Assembly (NCBI GenBank): GCA_003344405.1
Contig: NOWV01000014.1
Location: 372,001-436,000, forward strand
Direction of reading: 5' to 3'
Origin: Trichoplax sp. H2
Lineage: Eukaryota
DNA length: 64,000 bases
In this document: positions 14,131-26,803 of the stretch, in pieces
Position numbering within the stretch: the stretch's first letter is position 1
Layout of the letters: each line of letters begins with the position of its first letter
Translations under genes and position numbers: made by a program
The notes under the pieces: model-generated
What the model was told of the DNA's origin: nothing
Databases searched by the model: none
What the model saw: the letters and a program-made list of their open reading frames with translations, nothing else

Positions 14131-14142
14131 AAAAATGGCGGC
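14131..14142 (+). promoter_or_regulatory. YY1-like motif (AAAATGGCGGC) in candidate promoter of the first G-alpha gene
   Basis: aaaaatggcggc lies in a GC-richer patch ~2.7 kb upstream of the ATG. A strong acceptor at 16625 (T-tract + CCAG) implies upstream non-coding exon(s). Confidence 0.3.
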
Positions 14143-16848
14143 CAACGGTGGACCTCTAGGGATTTGAGTAATGCAGTACAGCACTCTAGGTACTCAATCT
14201 GTACTGTTGTATATTGAGTTGACGCCAATATAAGAAGAAAAAGAGTCTCTGCCTACTACGGTCTAGTCAATCTGTCACATTAGAGCAAGTCTTGTTCGCT
14301 TAACTTCATCTGCCGTCAAGCATTGAACACTTTATTAGCGGAGCTAATTAAAGCATACGAGTTAAGGCATATAGCATTCACTACGACATAACCGTGTTGT
14401 TGTTGAGATACGGTATTGCAAAAGTGCAACACCATGGCCTACTGGATAATCATGATAGCGCAATGTCTTTCCATGTCCATTGTAGCGCTTCCAGTAGGTG
14501 GACACCATACAGTGTACAGTCGGATTTGTTGACCATAATTGTAATTGATTTAGAATAAACGCACAGTAAAGAAGAGAAGAGTAAACTGGCGTGTCTTGGA
14601 CAGTCTACAGTATATAGAAAACTTGTCGCAGTTGCTGCTTGAAAAAAATCCAATACAATACAAATTACTATCCGCTGGCACCCCCCGCATGCGTAAAAAT
14701 GCCCAACGTTGATGCATCCAAGCACTTGAGCATGGACTATTTTAAGGTTTCGACCAGCATCGACAGTATAGTAGGGATCGCTGATACTCTATCGTCCAAC
14801 CACTACTTCTATAGGGCCAATATCGATCTCTTGGCGTCTACATGTTACTCTCCATAGGACATATACAGTATGTACATCGATTAACTTCAACAGTGCCTAC
14901 AACGCAAGCAGTGTAGAAAGAAAAGAATTATTAATGCGCTAACCTGATCCGCTTGCTTGAGAATTCACTGAAAGTTAGACATCCATTTGCTTAACCGTGT
15001 AAAGTCGAAAATTATTGTACAACATCATTCCAACAAGATTGAAATTATAGCTATTCATTTTGTGCAGGTGCTTGCCTAAAGTGTGTAATATATATTGCGT
15101 GACTGTTGGGCAAGGCGATCCAATCCAATGAAACGACTCATCCAGAGTAAGTTAACCAGCTAAGTAACGTTAGAAGTCAATAAAGTGCAGTACGCATTTC
15201 TGTTTAGCCATTTCTCCTCAGTAAACGCACAGAATTTCAAATTGAATATGGACCCAATATCCATCATTATCTCAGTTATTTCAATAATATACATCGACCT
15301 TAATTGTACTGAGTAGAATAGAGAAGATAGGCAGATGATTAGAATTTTTGTTACTGTCTAGAGGTCATATACAGTACATACCAGTCGGTTAGCCATTGAC
15401 CGTTACGGAATGACATGTTAACAACTTTTTCAACATCACTTGAGAAAGCAAATGTTGGTTATGAATCTAAATAACGCATGAAAATTTCATACAAGTAAAT
15501 ATTGTATTTTCAAGTAGCAACTTGTACATTGTTATCACATTTTATTTATTATGGTCGCAAGGTTATTTTAGCAATCCTCTTTTAGGATGACACATCCAAA
15601 AGACGTTTTTGTTTTCTATCAACTTTACATGAAAAATGAACTTGTTATCGATTCCAACTCATCATTTATTAATACAATCGATTCATTATTTTTCCATTAC
15701 TCAACTCAAGTGTGTACACTTATAGTTACTAAATGATAGTATGAACGTGTAGGCTGAATACACTAGCTCTAGTATTGATATCTTTTCTCAGCGAAGAACT
15801 TTAATCGTCGTCTATATCTACTGTACTTACACGATGCAGTAACCAAACTTACTAGTCGTCAAAAGCTACAATTTCAACATTTTCAACGTGCTGACTTTAA
15901 AATAGACAAGGAAGCTTGTAATTATCCCTTTACTGTATGAATATTGAATGATGCGTGATGAAGGTTTGCCCGCGTTGACGATTGTGGTTTCAGCGAATTA
16001 ATAGTAATTATGCTCTGTCATTTCAGCTTATTGCACTATATAATTGAGTCAAGTGTATTTATTTTGTTAAGAAAACTCTGCATTTAACCTAATAAGGACG
16101 TCCGTTGCTAATGTTGTGATCACAATTCAAATAGAATGTAATCATTACATTACAAGTGATGCATCAGTGAGTGCTGGTAGAATTCTCGATCAACAGTACA
16201 AATTGTTCTTCTACAATCAACACGCGATAGTCTATGAATCCAATCATATTGATCGATTTGGATGCTCTCCACAGTAATATACAAGTACTTTTTTGCCTTT
16301 GATAGCTAGATGTAGAACTGTTGTGGATATCATACCTCGAACCGGCTACAAATTTCAATTGAAAACAATCACTAATTTTACTTTTAGTGAATTGAATACT
16401 GATAGCCCTATTAGCGCTGAGTCGCATCCACTGGATAGTTAACAATAATAATAATAATTCTAATTAATGAATTAATACTTAAAACGCCATACCATCTACG
16501 TGCAGTTGGTCGAGGTTGAAATTGCATTGTGTAACGTAAAGTATGTGTTTCAAAATGGCAGTAACCTATGCTATGGTTGATTCTGATGGCTAGTCTATTT
16601 TTTATTTTTTTTTTGATTTATCCAGGACCTGGATTGTACAGTACGTGTATCAATCTATCTTACGATTAAAGGTTTACCCAAAATTCAATTATTCTTTGGT
16701 GGAAAGCTAAGTGAAATCGCTCTGTCGACGTTGATCTGCGCGTATTCAATTGATTGGATTGAAGTCGCCTCCTTGTTCAAAAAGTATTTCAACCATTGAC
16801 TGTTTTCATCCAACACCTTGAGTGTGTGTGTGTGTCCATTTTCAAGTG

Positions 16849-19800
16849 ATGGCCATGTTATGCTGCGCCGGTGGTAGAAATACTAGTAATGATCCTGAAT
16901 ATGACATGAAACGTCGCAATAGTAAACTGATTGATAAAGAATTATCCAAAGAGAAAAAATCTCGTGGGCGTCAAATTAAAATTTTGTTATTAGGTGCTGG
17001 CGAAAGTGGTAAGTCGACGTTTTTAAAACAAATGCGAATCATCCATGGTGAAGAATATAGTCAAAAGGATCTTATGGAATTCAAGAACCTCATTTATGGC
17101 AATGTGGTGAAAAATATGCGTGTTCTAATTACTGCAAGGGATTCACTGGGAATCAAATGGGCTAATGCAGATTATGAGGATTACGCCCAAGAATTGTTAG
17201 CAATTGATACCAAATCGACAGTATTCGATTATGCCGCATTTATGTCTTACGCTGGCAAAGTTGTCGATTTATGGCAAGATCGTGCAATACAGCAAACCTA
17301 CGACAAAAGGAATCTTTACCAGCTGGTAATGTATCCAATAAATCATTTAACAGCTTTATCGAAGCTGATATTAATTCATTATGAACTGGCATATCTCCAA
17401 TTCTGTCCACTGTTGCACAATGTTGATGATAGCCATTGTTTTCCACCGTACAGTACAGTCTACAAGTCGACTGTTCCGAATGTCAGACGATTTAGGGGGC
17501 AAAATGTTACTCTTGCCTTTCATGTCGTTCCTTGGCCTAAAATGGGCATTGTACTCGACCAGTGCATGAATGATATTTGTTTGACAAGAATCATTCTTGC
17601 CTAGGTTGCTTCTACTTCTTCTTCTTTTTCCCCCTCCCTCCTTTCTTTCTGTAATCCATTCGCTTGTACAGAGACTAATTTGCGCCTTGTTGCCTTACGT
17701 CGTCGTCTCCTCACTTTCAGCTTCATTGACTACTTTAGAAACGCCTTTGTCTACGTCATAACACGACCTGAATCTACAGTCAGTGTACGTACACTCAGTA
17801 CATTGTATTGTACAATACAATGTACTGTAATGTATGTACTGAGTTGAAAGGGGGGAAAAAAGACCTCCTCCAAACTCAATTTGCGACTACCGACCGACTG
17901 CAGTACAGACTTGAAAGTGAATTCATGCATGAGTCATACTGTACCAATATCCTGTAGTGGATGTTTCAGTACTGTAGCCAAAGAGAAAGGATGTGCAGCA
18001 CAAGACCTTGACAGTCGTAGTTGCAGTCGTCAAATGGAGTAAAAACGCAATCCCAAGCCGCTACTGTAAAACCCGATCAAAGGATGAATTGATTTTCCAA
18101 CCCGAAAGGAGTGCAATCGCCATACAAACACTGTCATTACCACAGAAAATCGGAACGATAAATGGCGCCCTCCAGTCCAGGCTTCGGGTTGATTCTTAAC
18201 CACACTCGACTAGTTGTATTGTCTTGCATTAACCACACTCGACTAATTGTACAGTATTGCATGACCCACACCGACATGGCGACATAGTGATGTTGCTGTT
18301 GGTCCACCTGCTCTCCACTTTTGGCTTGCGATGACAAGCAGACTACCAAAGAAAAGCCTCTCTCTCTCTTTTCTTGAGTAGTTGCTGCTAGAAGCTTGTC
18401 TGTGGTGCTAGAGTAGGCTTTCTACTGTACAGTAGATAGGCAAGTTTTCCACAGCTTTTATGGAGCGTTTTTGCATCGACTGTCAAAGTGTCCAGCAGTA
18501 GTTCACTCGACTGTAATGGAGTCTATTCTTGACTGTAGGTAAATTGTACCAATGCATGCATGACTGAGTCACAGGATGCCATCAACTATTCACAACAATA
18601 TCAAAATGAAATGATAATTAAGAATAAGAAATGAAAGTTTGTAGTCAATGCATCAATTCACGTAGCTTGCACGCAATCATTTTGTAACGTATTGTGCCCA
18701 ACCAACTGGACAGTACAATCCAATTCTACACATAAACTCCAATGGGGACGCGTAGTGAAGAAGAAAATGCCATTTCTCTTATGCTAGACTACAACGTCAG
18801 CGACGTAGGACAGGATGCTTGTTTTGCAAGGGTAGAATGATCGTTAAAACAGTTCATGAGCTTTCTCCACTGATGCCATCGTCTACCATTGGATTCGAAG
18901 AAATTGAAATGAAATACTCTACCTTGTATCCGACGTGCCATAGGCATTTGTTACGCTATAGAACTCCTCTTCCAACAATGGTACAGTTCAACTCATACAG
19001 GTTAAAAAAAAACATCTCCATTCTTCAACCTTGATCCTGTAGTAACCGGTCACCACTGTATGATGAAGAGGCAGAACTATAGCAAAGGAAATCCTTTGGT
19101 GCATCGGTTAAAAGTCATTTTATCGCAATCTTCTTTTCATCAAAGGGTACATCAAGCTATAATGAATGAATTCGAAAAAAACCATTTCAGTAATATGGTT
19201 GCAACAAAAACTGTCCAATTCTACCTTATAACATAGCCTAGGATACTCTCCAGTGCTCCATCCAATCCTATTGTTGATTTAGGACCTTGAGTGGGTTTAC
19301 ACTTCCAATGATAGATACGTATACAGTAGAGCAGTGGACAGGGTTAGACTTAGTGTAGAACAGACATGCAATACACTATCTACCGAATCCATAACTATAA
19401 ATCATTACTGCTAAAATTAGACTACAAGTGCAACTGTAATAATTGGCACCAACTTATCATCCTTACAATCTTCTACTTTAATCGATCCATCTCTTATAAT
19501 ATACGTACTTATGTAATCGTATCCATCTTTTCCTAGTTAAATACCCAGTAAGTGATTATCCAACAGGAGGGCATCAAAAAATAATTATAATGTCATCGAC
19601 TATTCTTGCAGTAATGGAAATCATACTACTGTAAACACTCGCTAATCTATACCGACAATAATAGAAGTATTCTCTTATGGATTGTGCATTAATGTAGTAT
19701 AGGTACTGTATCCATGTAAATTTTTCATTTATAACTCGATCCGTCTTCAGTACAGTGTGCATAAGCCCAATTTTTAGATACAAACATAGGCATAGATTAA

Positions 19801-21520
19801 TGTTTATTCTATTGCAATGCTATCCTAGAATGCTGTTATATGGCTGACCTTTCTTGACTGGAGTCGGTCAATGAGCTACACACACCAGGTCACTCCGATT
19901 CATTCTGTAATAATTACACCGTCAAATCAGATCATTTATCAAATAAGATACTTTTATAGTACAAGTCGCCACACGTGTGCAAACAAACTGCCCGAACAAC
20001 TAATAACTCAATAGCCAACTGATTAAAAAACTAGCTATATATTTGCAACGGATTCCATACTGATAACCTTAATCGCTTGACTCAATACGATCTAGACGGG
20101 TAGTAACATTGACTACACATACTACGACTATAGTCAAGGCACTAACACGGTTGTATTCATATAGAACATACATATATATATATATAATTACAACAAATGC
20201 ATAAAATGAATATTCAGTATTTTCTAATAAAGTGCTAACATACTACTTCATCAATTGGATATATTTTTTAAGCTCTCACTCTTTGTAGGATATAGTCACA
20301 TTAGAGTAAAGTAACTGCATTTTGAAAAAATTTCTTTCTTTTAAAATAGAGCGATTCAACATATTATTTCATGGATCGAATGAAAAGTCTGATGGATAAG
20401 GTAACTCAAAATTTTACTTACGTAGCTATAGCATATCATTACATTGCGTATTGACTTACAGATCTTGGTGTAAATTAATTATTAACTACTCGTTTATGAC
20501 GACATTGTAATCATTGACTTAGTAATGATTTCTACTAGTACTGATCTGCTTATATTGTAGTTCAACATGGATGTACTCTTGCCAAGTAGTAACATACGTA
20601 TATATCGTTGCTATGTGGTACACATTCTAGTCATGTAGATATTACACTTAACAGTCTAGTAGCGTTATATTGATTCATTCCTGTATCCCTTCTTACAATT
20701 ATCGCTGTCTCTTGCATTCACTTTACAAGTAGTACTATGACAAATACTAATATGGATTGGATCTCTGCTACCATCTGCAGACATGATTAAGAGTTTTATT
20801 AATGTCAACGTTTACAATACCGCTGTTTGCTATCATAAAACATAAATAAACTATAAATTTGGCTTATACTATAAAAGTCTTAAAGTTATGTTCAAATCTA
20901 AGACGCATTGTAGACTGTTGAAAGTTCTTCCAATAATTTTTTCCATATAGGCTTATGTACCAACGAAACAAGACGTTTTAAGATCACGTAAAGCTACGAC
21001 TAATATCGTTGAACTAACTTTGAATATCAATCGGGTTCCGTTCACTTTTGTCGACGTTGGTGGTCAAAGATCGCAAAGGCGCAAATGGCTACAGTGCTTT
21101 GAAGGTGTAACATCAGTTTTGTTTTTGGTTTCATCGTGTGCATACGATCAGGTCCTACTAGAAGATAATAGAACGAATCGAATTGTTGAATCCTGCCAGA
21201 TATTTGATACAATAATCAATAATAAGTTTTTCGCAAAAGTAGCCATCATCTTATTCTTCAATAAGACTGACATCTTGATAGAAAAAGTTTCACTTGTCAG
21301 CATAAAAGATTACTTCCCGGAGTTTAGCCGTGATCCTAAGAAGATTGAAGACGTTAAGCATTTCTTGATCACTATGTTTGAAAAAGTGAGCAATGATCAA
21401 AAGCGTGGACTTTATCATCACTTCACTACTGCTACTGACACTGAAAACATTAAATTCGTCTTCAATGCTGTCAGAGAAATGATCTTGGAAGAAAATATGA
21501 GTATATTGATGCTACAGTGA
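16849..21520 (+). CDS. GNA12/13: Heterotrimeric G protein alpha subunit, G12/13 class (paralogue 1), 3 coding exons, ~365 aa
   Basis: Exons 16849-17325, 20350-20400 (51 nt, SDSTYYFMDRMKSLMDK), 20951-21520. Motifs GAGESGKSTFLKQMRIIHG, DVGGQRSQRRKWLQCF, NKTD, HFTTATDTENI; C-terminus ILMLQ (G12/13-type xxMLQ); N-terminal CC, no Gly2. Confidence 0.95.
18196..18275. repeat. 33-bp tandem repeat (~2.4 copies) in intron 1 of G-alpha paralogue 1
   Basis: ttaaccacactcgactagttgtattgtcttgca / ttaaccacactcgactaattgtacagtattgca / tgacccacaccgac. Confidence 0.85.
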
Positions 21521-23849
21521 AATGCTTTAAGATTACAAATTACGAATTTTACTGGAAACATAAAATACTTCTCTATGTCCGTTATAGTAATGTTTACATA
21601 TCAGTAATCGATACTCTTTAGTGTATTTAACTGACCATAACAAAACTACCATCGATAGATTACACCATGGTTGATCTAATGGATAATAATATTGTATACA
21701 TAGTGGAAATAACTATTGCAATTTTTTTGTCTGCAGATTTATTCGCTTCTGTATATCGTTTAAACTTGCTTATTTTTATCATTGTATAAGCAGCACTGTT
21801 ATAAGATGAATTCGATAGTTAATTTAAAAAAAAACTCATCATTTATTTTATTTGTATCTGTTAAGGTTTACAACCATTGTAGTCGTTCCAGTATCTTATA
21901 CTCTTAACCACAATACTCATGTTGTTATTGGGCTAGTATCTGGATATATAAATTGCAATTTCTATTGTATCTGCTATGGTAAATCACTACCATATTTTAA
22001 CGTCATCAAGAATAGTTTATCATTTCTTGGGCAGAGTGATATCTATATTGTCACGCATTTAGAAAGGAACTGTCCTTATTCAAACAATTTTATCAACATT
22101 GTTTTGATATACAATTGTATTGATCTAATTAGCTATCATTTTCTACTGTGCTATCATGTACCTATCTCCTATTGTCTCTCTCATTCTTTTGGCAAGTCAC
22201 TCTTAGAAAATCTATTAATGTCTAGAATTCTACACTAACCTTCTGTTATAAATCAGTCAACTATTTTGCTCTTATAGCTAGTGTGTTGTTGTACTTGAGT
22301 AAAAGGTATCGCGTAGGAAATTTCTTTTTGCACCAAAAACGGCATATTGGAATGCCTGATGTGTATTTTAATACGACATTGAGTGTGATATAACTACTTG
22401 CTTATTTGATTATCTGTACCATTCCTCTCATGTCTCTATGAATTTTTCGGGAAACTAATAGTTAAATTATTGCTTGCTTATATTGATATACTACTCACAG
22501 TTAAGATAAAGATTGTCTTAATCATTGTATACTATTGTAGTATAGATCGAATTTTACTTTCACAAGGTTTTAATGAATATCAGGGTGTATCGTGTAGTTA
22601 TAAATTTTGATATTAAAGCTTTCTTTTATTCGGACACAAGTAGCATATAAATACTGCAAGAAATGTATCTTGATATACTTGTTAAAATCAGAAATATCAC
22701 CTTTAGTGTTGGATACAGTTAACTAGATAATTGTTTGATAAATCAAACCGAAGTTGACACGGCTTGTATGTGTTACCATAATATAACATTAATTTAAGGG
22801 AATACATGTCATTATATACTTTAAATAATTAATGGCTTTTATTTACACATAATATCAATATTGATCCCAACTTTAAATATGTGACATCATCATAAACAAG
22901 GTAGAAATCAAGATTCTGAACTACGACTTCATTAATAATACAACGGGTAATATTAGTGGACTATTGTTTTAGCCTAGATGGAGTAAAACTTAAGTAAGGT
23001 ACTGACCAATATTCAAATGATTCGACTTTCAACAAATTCTATTCAATGATTTCCTTGATTTCGTTAATTTACTTAAAGAGTATTGTATGCTACCATTCTA
23101 TTAATTATATAACATATTATATTAAAGTACTCTAGCTAAGGTACGGTAAAAATTATATGGGAAGATGTCAACCATCACTCAGACCAATAACAAATTTATT
23201 TAATGATTGTTTTCCAGTTTGATTATTCTAGTTACCAAACGCAGTATGCCATATGCGACAAATAGGAAAATACGATAAACTAAAGATTATATTCTTGCTG
23301 TTAATTATGAATGTGCAAAGCATGTTAAAAGATGCAATAACGTTCAAGATAATACCATAGTTTTATTCTTACACGTGCATTATTTCTAAAATTAATGTAC
23401 TACCTACGAGCAGTATGATTGCTAGCGAGACGATTATTCAGCAATAAATCCTTGCGGTCGAGGTATCTAAGATTAAATACTGTATATTTTATGGAATCAA
23501 TTGATGTAATTTCTTATATAACATTACTGTTACTAATAGTTACTTTACCTTTTATCGTGATATTTAAACTCCCAGATTGTATCTGTGTACTATTATTGCT
23601 TAGATAAATGCGAATAAATATCGTACCAGGACTATTAAAAGTAGCCTCTGATTTATTATTTGCAATGTTCATTGTAATATTAGATGAATGCACAGTAAAA
23701 TATACAGTATGCTGGCTGATACTTGCTAGTCTAAGGTAAACAAAAAAATTGAATACTTTCATATAATTGAAAAAGTATCAATTTCCTCATTAGTAAGGGA
23801 TTACAATCAAAGTCTATATCCATTTGCATTATGATTACAATTTATAAAC

Positions 23850-26702
23850 TAATCAATAGTTTTCATATAACCTAATAAGCAAATAGATTTGTATATTCTG
23901 GAATCTTTTATTTTAAATAAAAGATTTCAATATGATATTATGCTGTATAGCTTGAACAGCTTCTTAACGTATTAAGAGGATACATCATAAAAAGCTAACT
24001 TATTACTTCTTCAGATATTACGCTACCAAATCAGTATTCCACTAAGATCTACTCATACACATATACTATTATCCAAGCGTAGACATCCTAGATGTATGAA
24101 ATTATTTTTTCGAAATATGCGATAACAACTATTTGAGACAATAATATTTCGAGTTCGGTTATTAATTTATTTTTTTATGCATGTTTTATTTCGCAGCCAT
24201 GATGTCCTTTAGCAGAGCATAAACTTATAAAATTGTAAAGGTTAACTTTAGACTTCAATTAATCAACGCTAAACTTTTAGATTTATATCGATATATTACT
24301 AGATGATATAGCATTGAGAAAACAACACCTAAATATTAATTATCAATGATAAATAGAAGATTTCTGTCTGGTAGCGCCTTGTGGTTATTAATAACATATT
24401 AATAACGCTATGAGTGCCGTTAACTTTGATAGTAATTCGATATATATTCTTTGTTAACAATAAACTTATGCATCAGCATGCATATCAGATCATCGCTATA
24501 GGACATACAAGAAAAGAAGAATACTACAAATAGGTTGATCCTATTGATTTCAGTTGCCAGACGTATAGAAACATTATCCAGTTGGATAATTTCCCACACT
24601 ATTGTCATAACATTACCAAGTCAGCATCAGTTGTAGGGTACGTCCAATGGGGAAAGATACAACTTACTAGATAAAATCTATTTATAAAATAATTTTAAAA
24701 TTACCTTGGTATTGTGTTTTCAAAACGTATCGGACGATGACATTTGTTACACGGATATATCCAATTGATGAAAATTAGCATTATTAACAAGCTGTCTGAA
24801 TTACTGCTATATACAAAAGTATAATAACTCGTACCCTATAAGCTTTATATAGGTATTAATTTTCTTATATTAGAGCTTTAACTATTACTATAATTTTATC
24901 ATTGTCAGTATGTTTAGTGTTACACACGCGGAATATGCTTAAGTCAATGCCTTATCTTCGTTAATAGTTGGTTCATATCACTGGGAATGATAATTTGAAT
25001 AAAAATTTAAAAGTCCTTATCCAAAGAAAAAGGTTTTGCAAATTGTAATAGGATTATTGATGTACAAATAGCTAATATTAGATAAAATTTTTGTAGGCTA
25101 TTAGTATATCAAATTGAATTTCAACAAGGGATTGGTTATTAATTTTATTCTTACCCTTTCGTTACTTCAGGGCCACTTTTGATAGCCAAGCGTATCAATA
25201 CTTAAGGTAGGATTTTAAGATACTCATGNNNNNNNNNNNNNNNNNNNNTAATCAATAGTTTTCATATAACCTAATAAGCAAATAGATTTGTATATTCTGG
25301 AATCTTTTATTTTAAATAAAAGATTTTAATATGATATTACGCTGTATAGCTTGAACAGCTTCTTAACGTATTAAGAGGATACATCATAAAAAGCTAACTT
25401 ATTACTTCTTCGGATACTACGCTACCAAATCAATATTCCACTAAGATCTACTCATACACATATACAGTACTATTATCCAAGCGTAGACATCCTAGATATA
25501 TGCAATTATTTTTTCGAAATATGCGATAACAACTATTTGAGACAACAATATTTCGAGTTCGGTTATTAATTTTATTTTTTTATGCATGTTTTATTTCGTA
25601 GCCATGATGTCCTTTAGCAGAGCATAAACTTATAAAATTATAAAGGTTAACTTTAGACCTTCAATTAATTTAATCAACGCTAAACTTTTAGATTTATATC
25701 GATATATTACTAGATGATATAGCATTGGGAAAACAACACCCAAATATTAATTATCAATGATAAATAGAAGATTTCTGTCTGGTAGCGCCTTGTGGTTATT
25801 AATAACATATTAATAACGCTATGAGTGCCGTTAACTTTGATAGTAATTCGATATATATTCTTTGTTAAAGATAAACTTATGCATCAGCATGCATATCAGA
25901 TCATCGCTATAGGACATACAAGAAAAGAAGAATACTACAAATAGGTTGATCCTATTGATTTCAGTTGCCAGACGTATAGAAACAATTACAACACATCTTG
26001 ATGGAATATATCTAAGAATTAAAATTATACTGAGCTTTTATTGGCATTATCCAGTTGGATAATTTCCCACACTATTGTCATAATATTACCAAGTCAGCAT
26101 CAGTTGTAGGGTATGTCCAATGGGAAAAGATACAACTTACTAGGTAAAATCTATTTATAAAATAATTTTAAAATTACCTTGGTATTGTGTTTTCAAAACG
26201 TATCGGACGATGACATTTGTTACACGGATATATCCAATTGATGAAAAGTAGCATTATTAACAAGCTGTCTGAATTACTGCTGTATACAAAAGTATAATAA
26301 CTCGTACCCTATAAGCTTTATCTAGGCATAAATTTTCTTATATTAGAGCATTAACTATTACTATAATTTTATTATTGTCAGTATGTTTAGTGTTACACAC
26401 GCGGAACATGCTTAAGTCAATGCCTTATCTTCATTAATGGTTGGTTCATATCACTGGGAATGATTATTTGAATAAAAATTTAAAAGTCCTTATCCAAAGA
26501 AAAAGATTTTACAAATTGGAATAGGATTATTGATGTACAAATAGCTAATATTAGATAAAATTTTTTGTAGGCTATTAGTATATCAAATCGAATTTCAACA
26601 AGGGATTGGTTATTAATTTTATTCTTACCCTTTCGTTACTTCAGGGCCACTTTTGATAGCCAAGCGTGTCAATACTTAAGGTAGGATTTTAAGATACTCA
26701 TG
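23850..26702. repeat. Near-identical direct duplication around a 20-N gap (23850-25228 vs 25249-26702); probable uncollapsed haplotypes
   Basis: Sequence after the gap (25229-25248) restarts at taatcaatagtt and re-reads to gatactcatg, with scattered SNPs, small indels and a 62-bp indel at 25984-26045. Confidence 0.92.
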
Positions 26703-26803
26703 TTGCCTGCATTTCTGTTATATATTAACATAATATTAAGCATATACAAACTTATTTATAGAATATATCGAATTATTACCTTATTTTAATCAAGATTGAA
26801 GAG

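Noticed and set aside
17326-17604. C-terminal extension of the 260-aa ORF 16822-17604
   Set aside because: Read-through into intron 1 past the donor at 17326; G-alpha similarity resumes at 20350.
21852-22238. 128-aa ORF after G-alpha paralogue 1
   Set aside because: Non-ATG start, AT-rich composition without recognisable motifs, and located in the probable 3' UTR.
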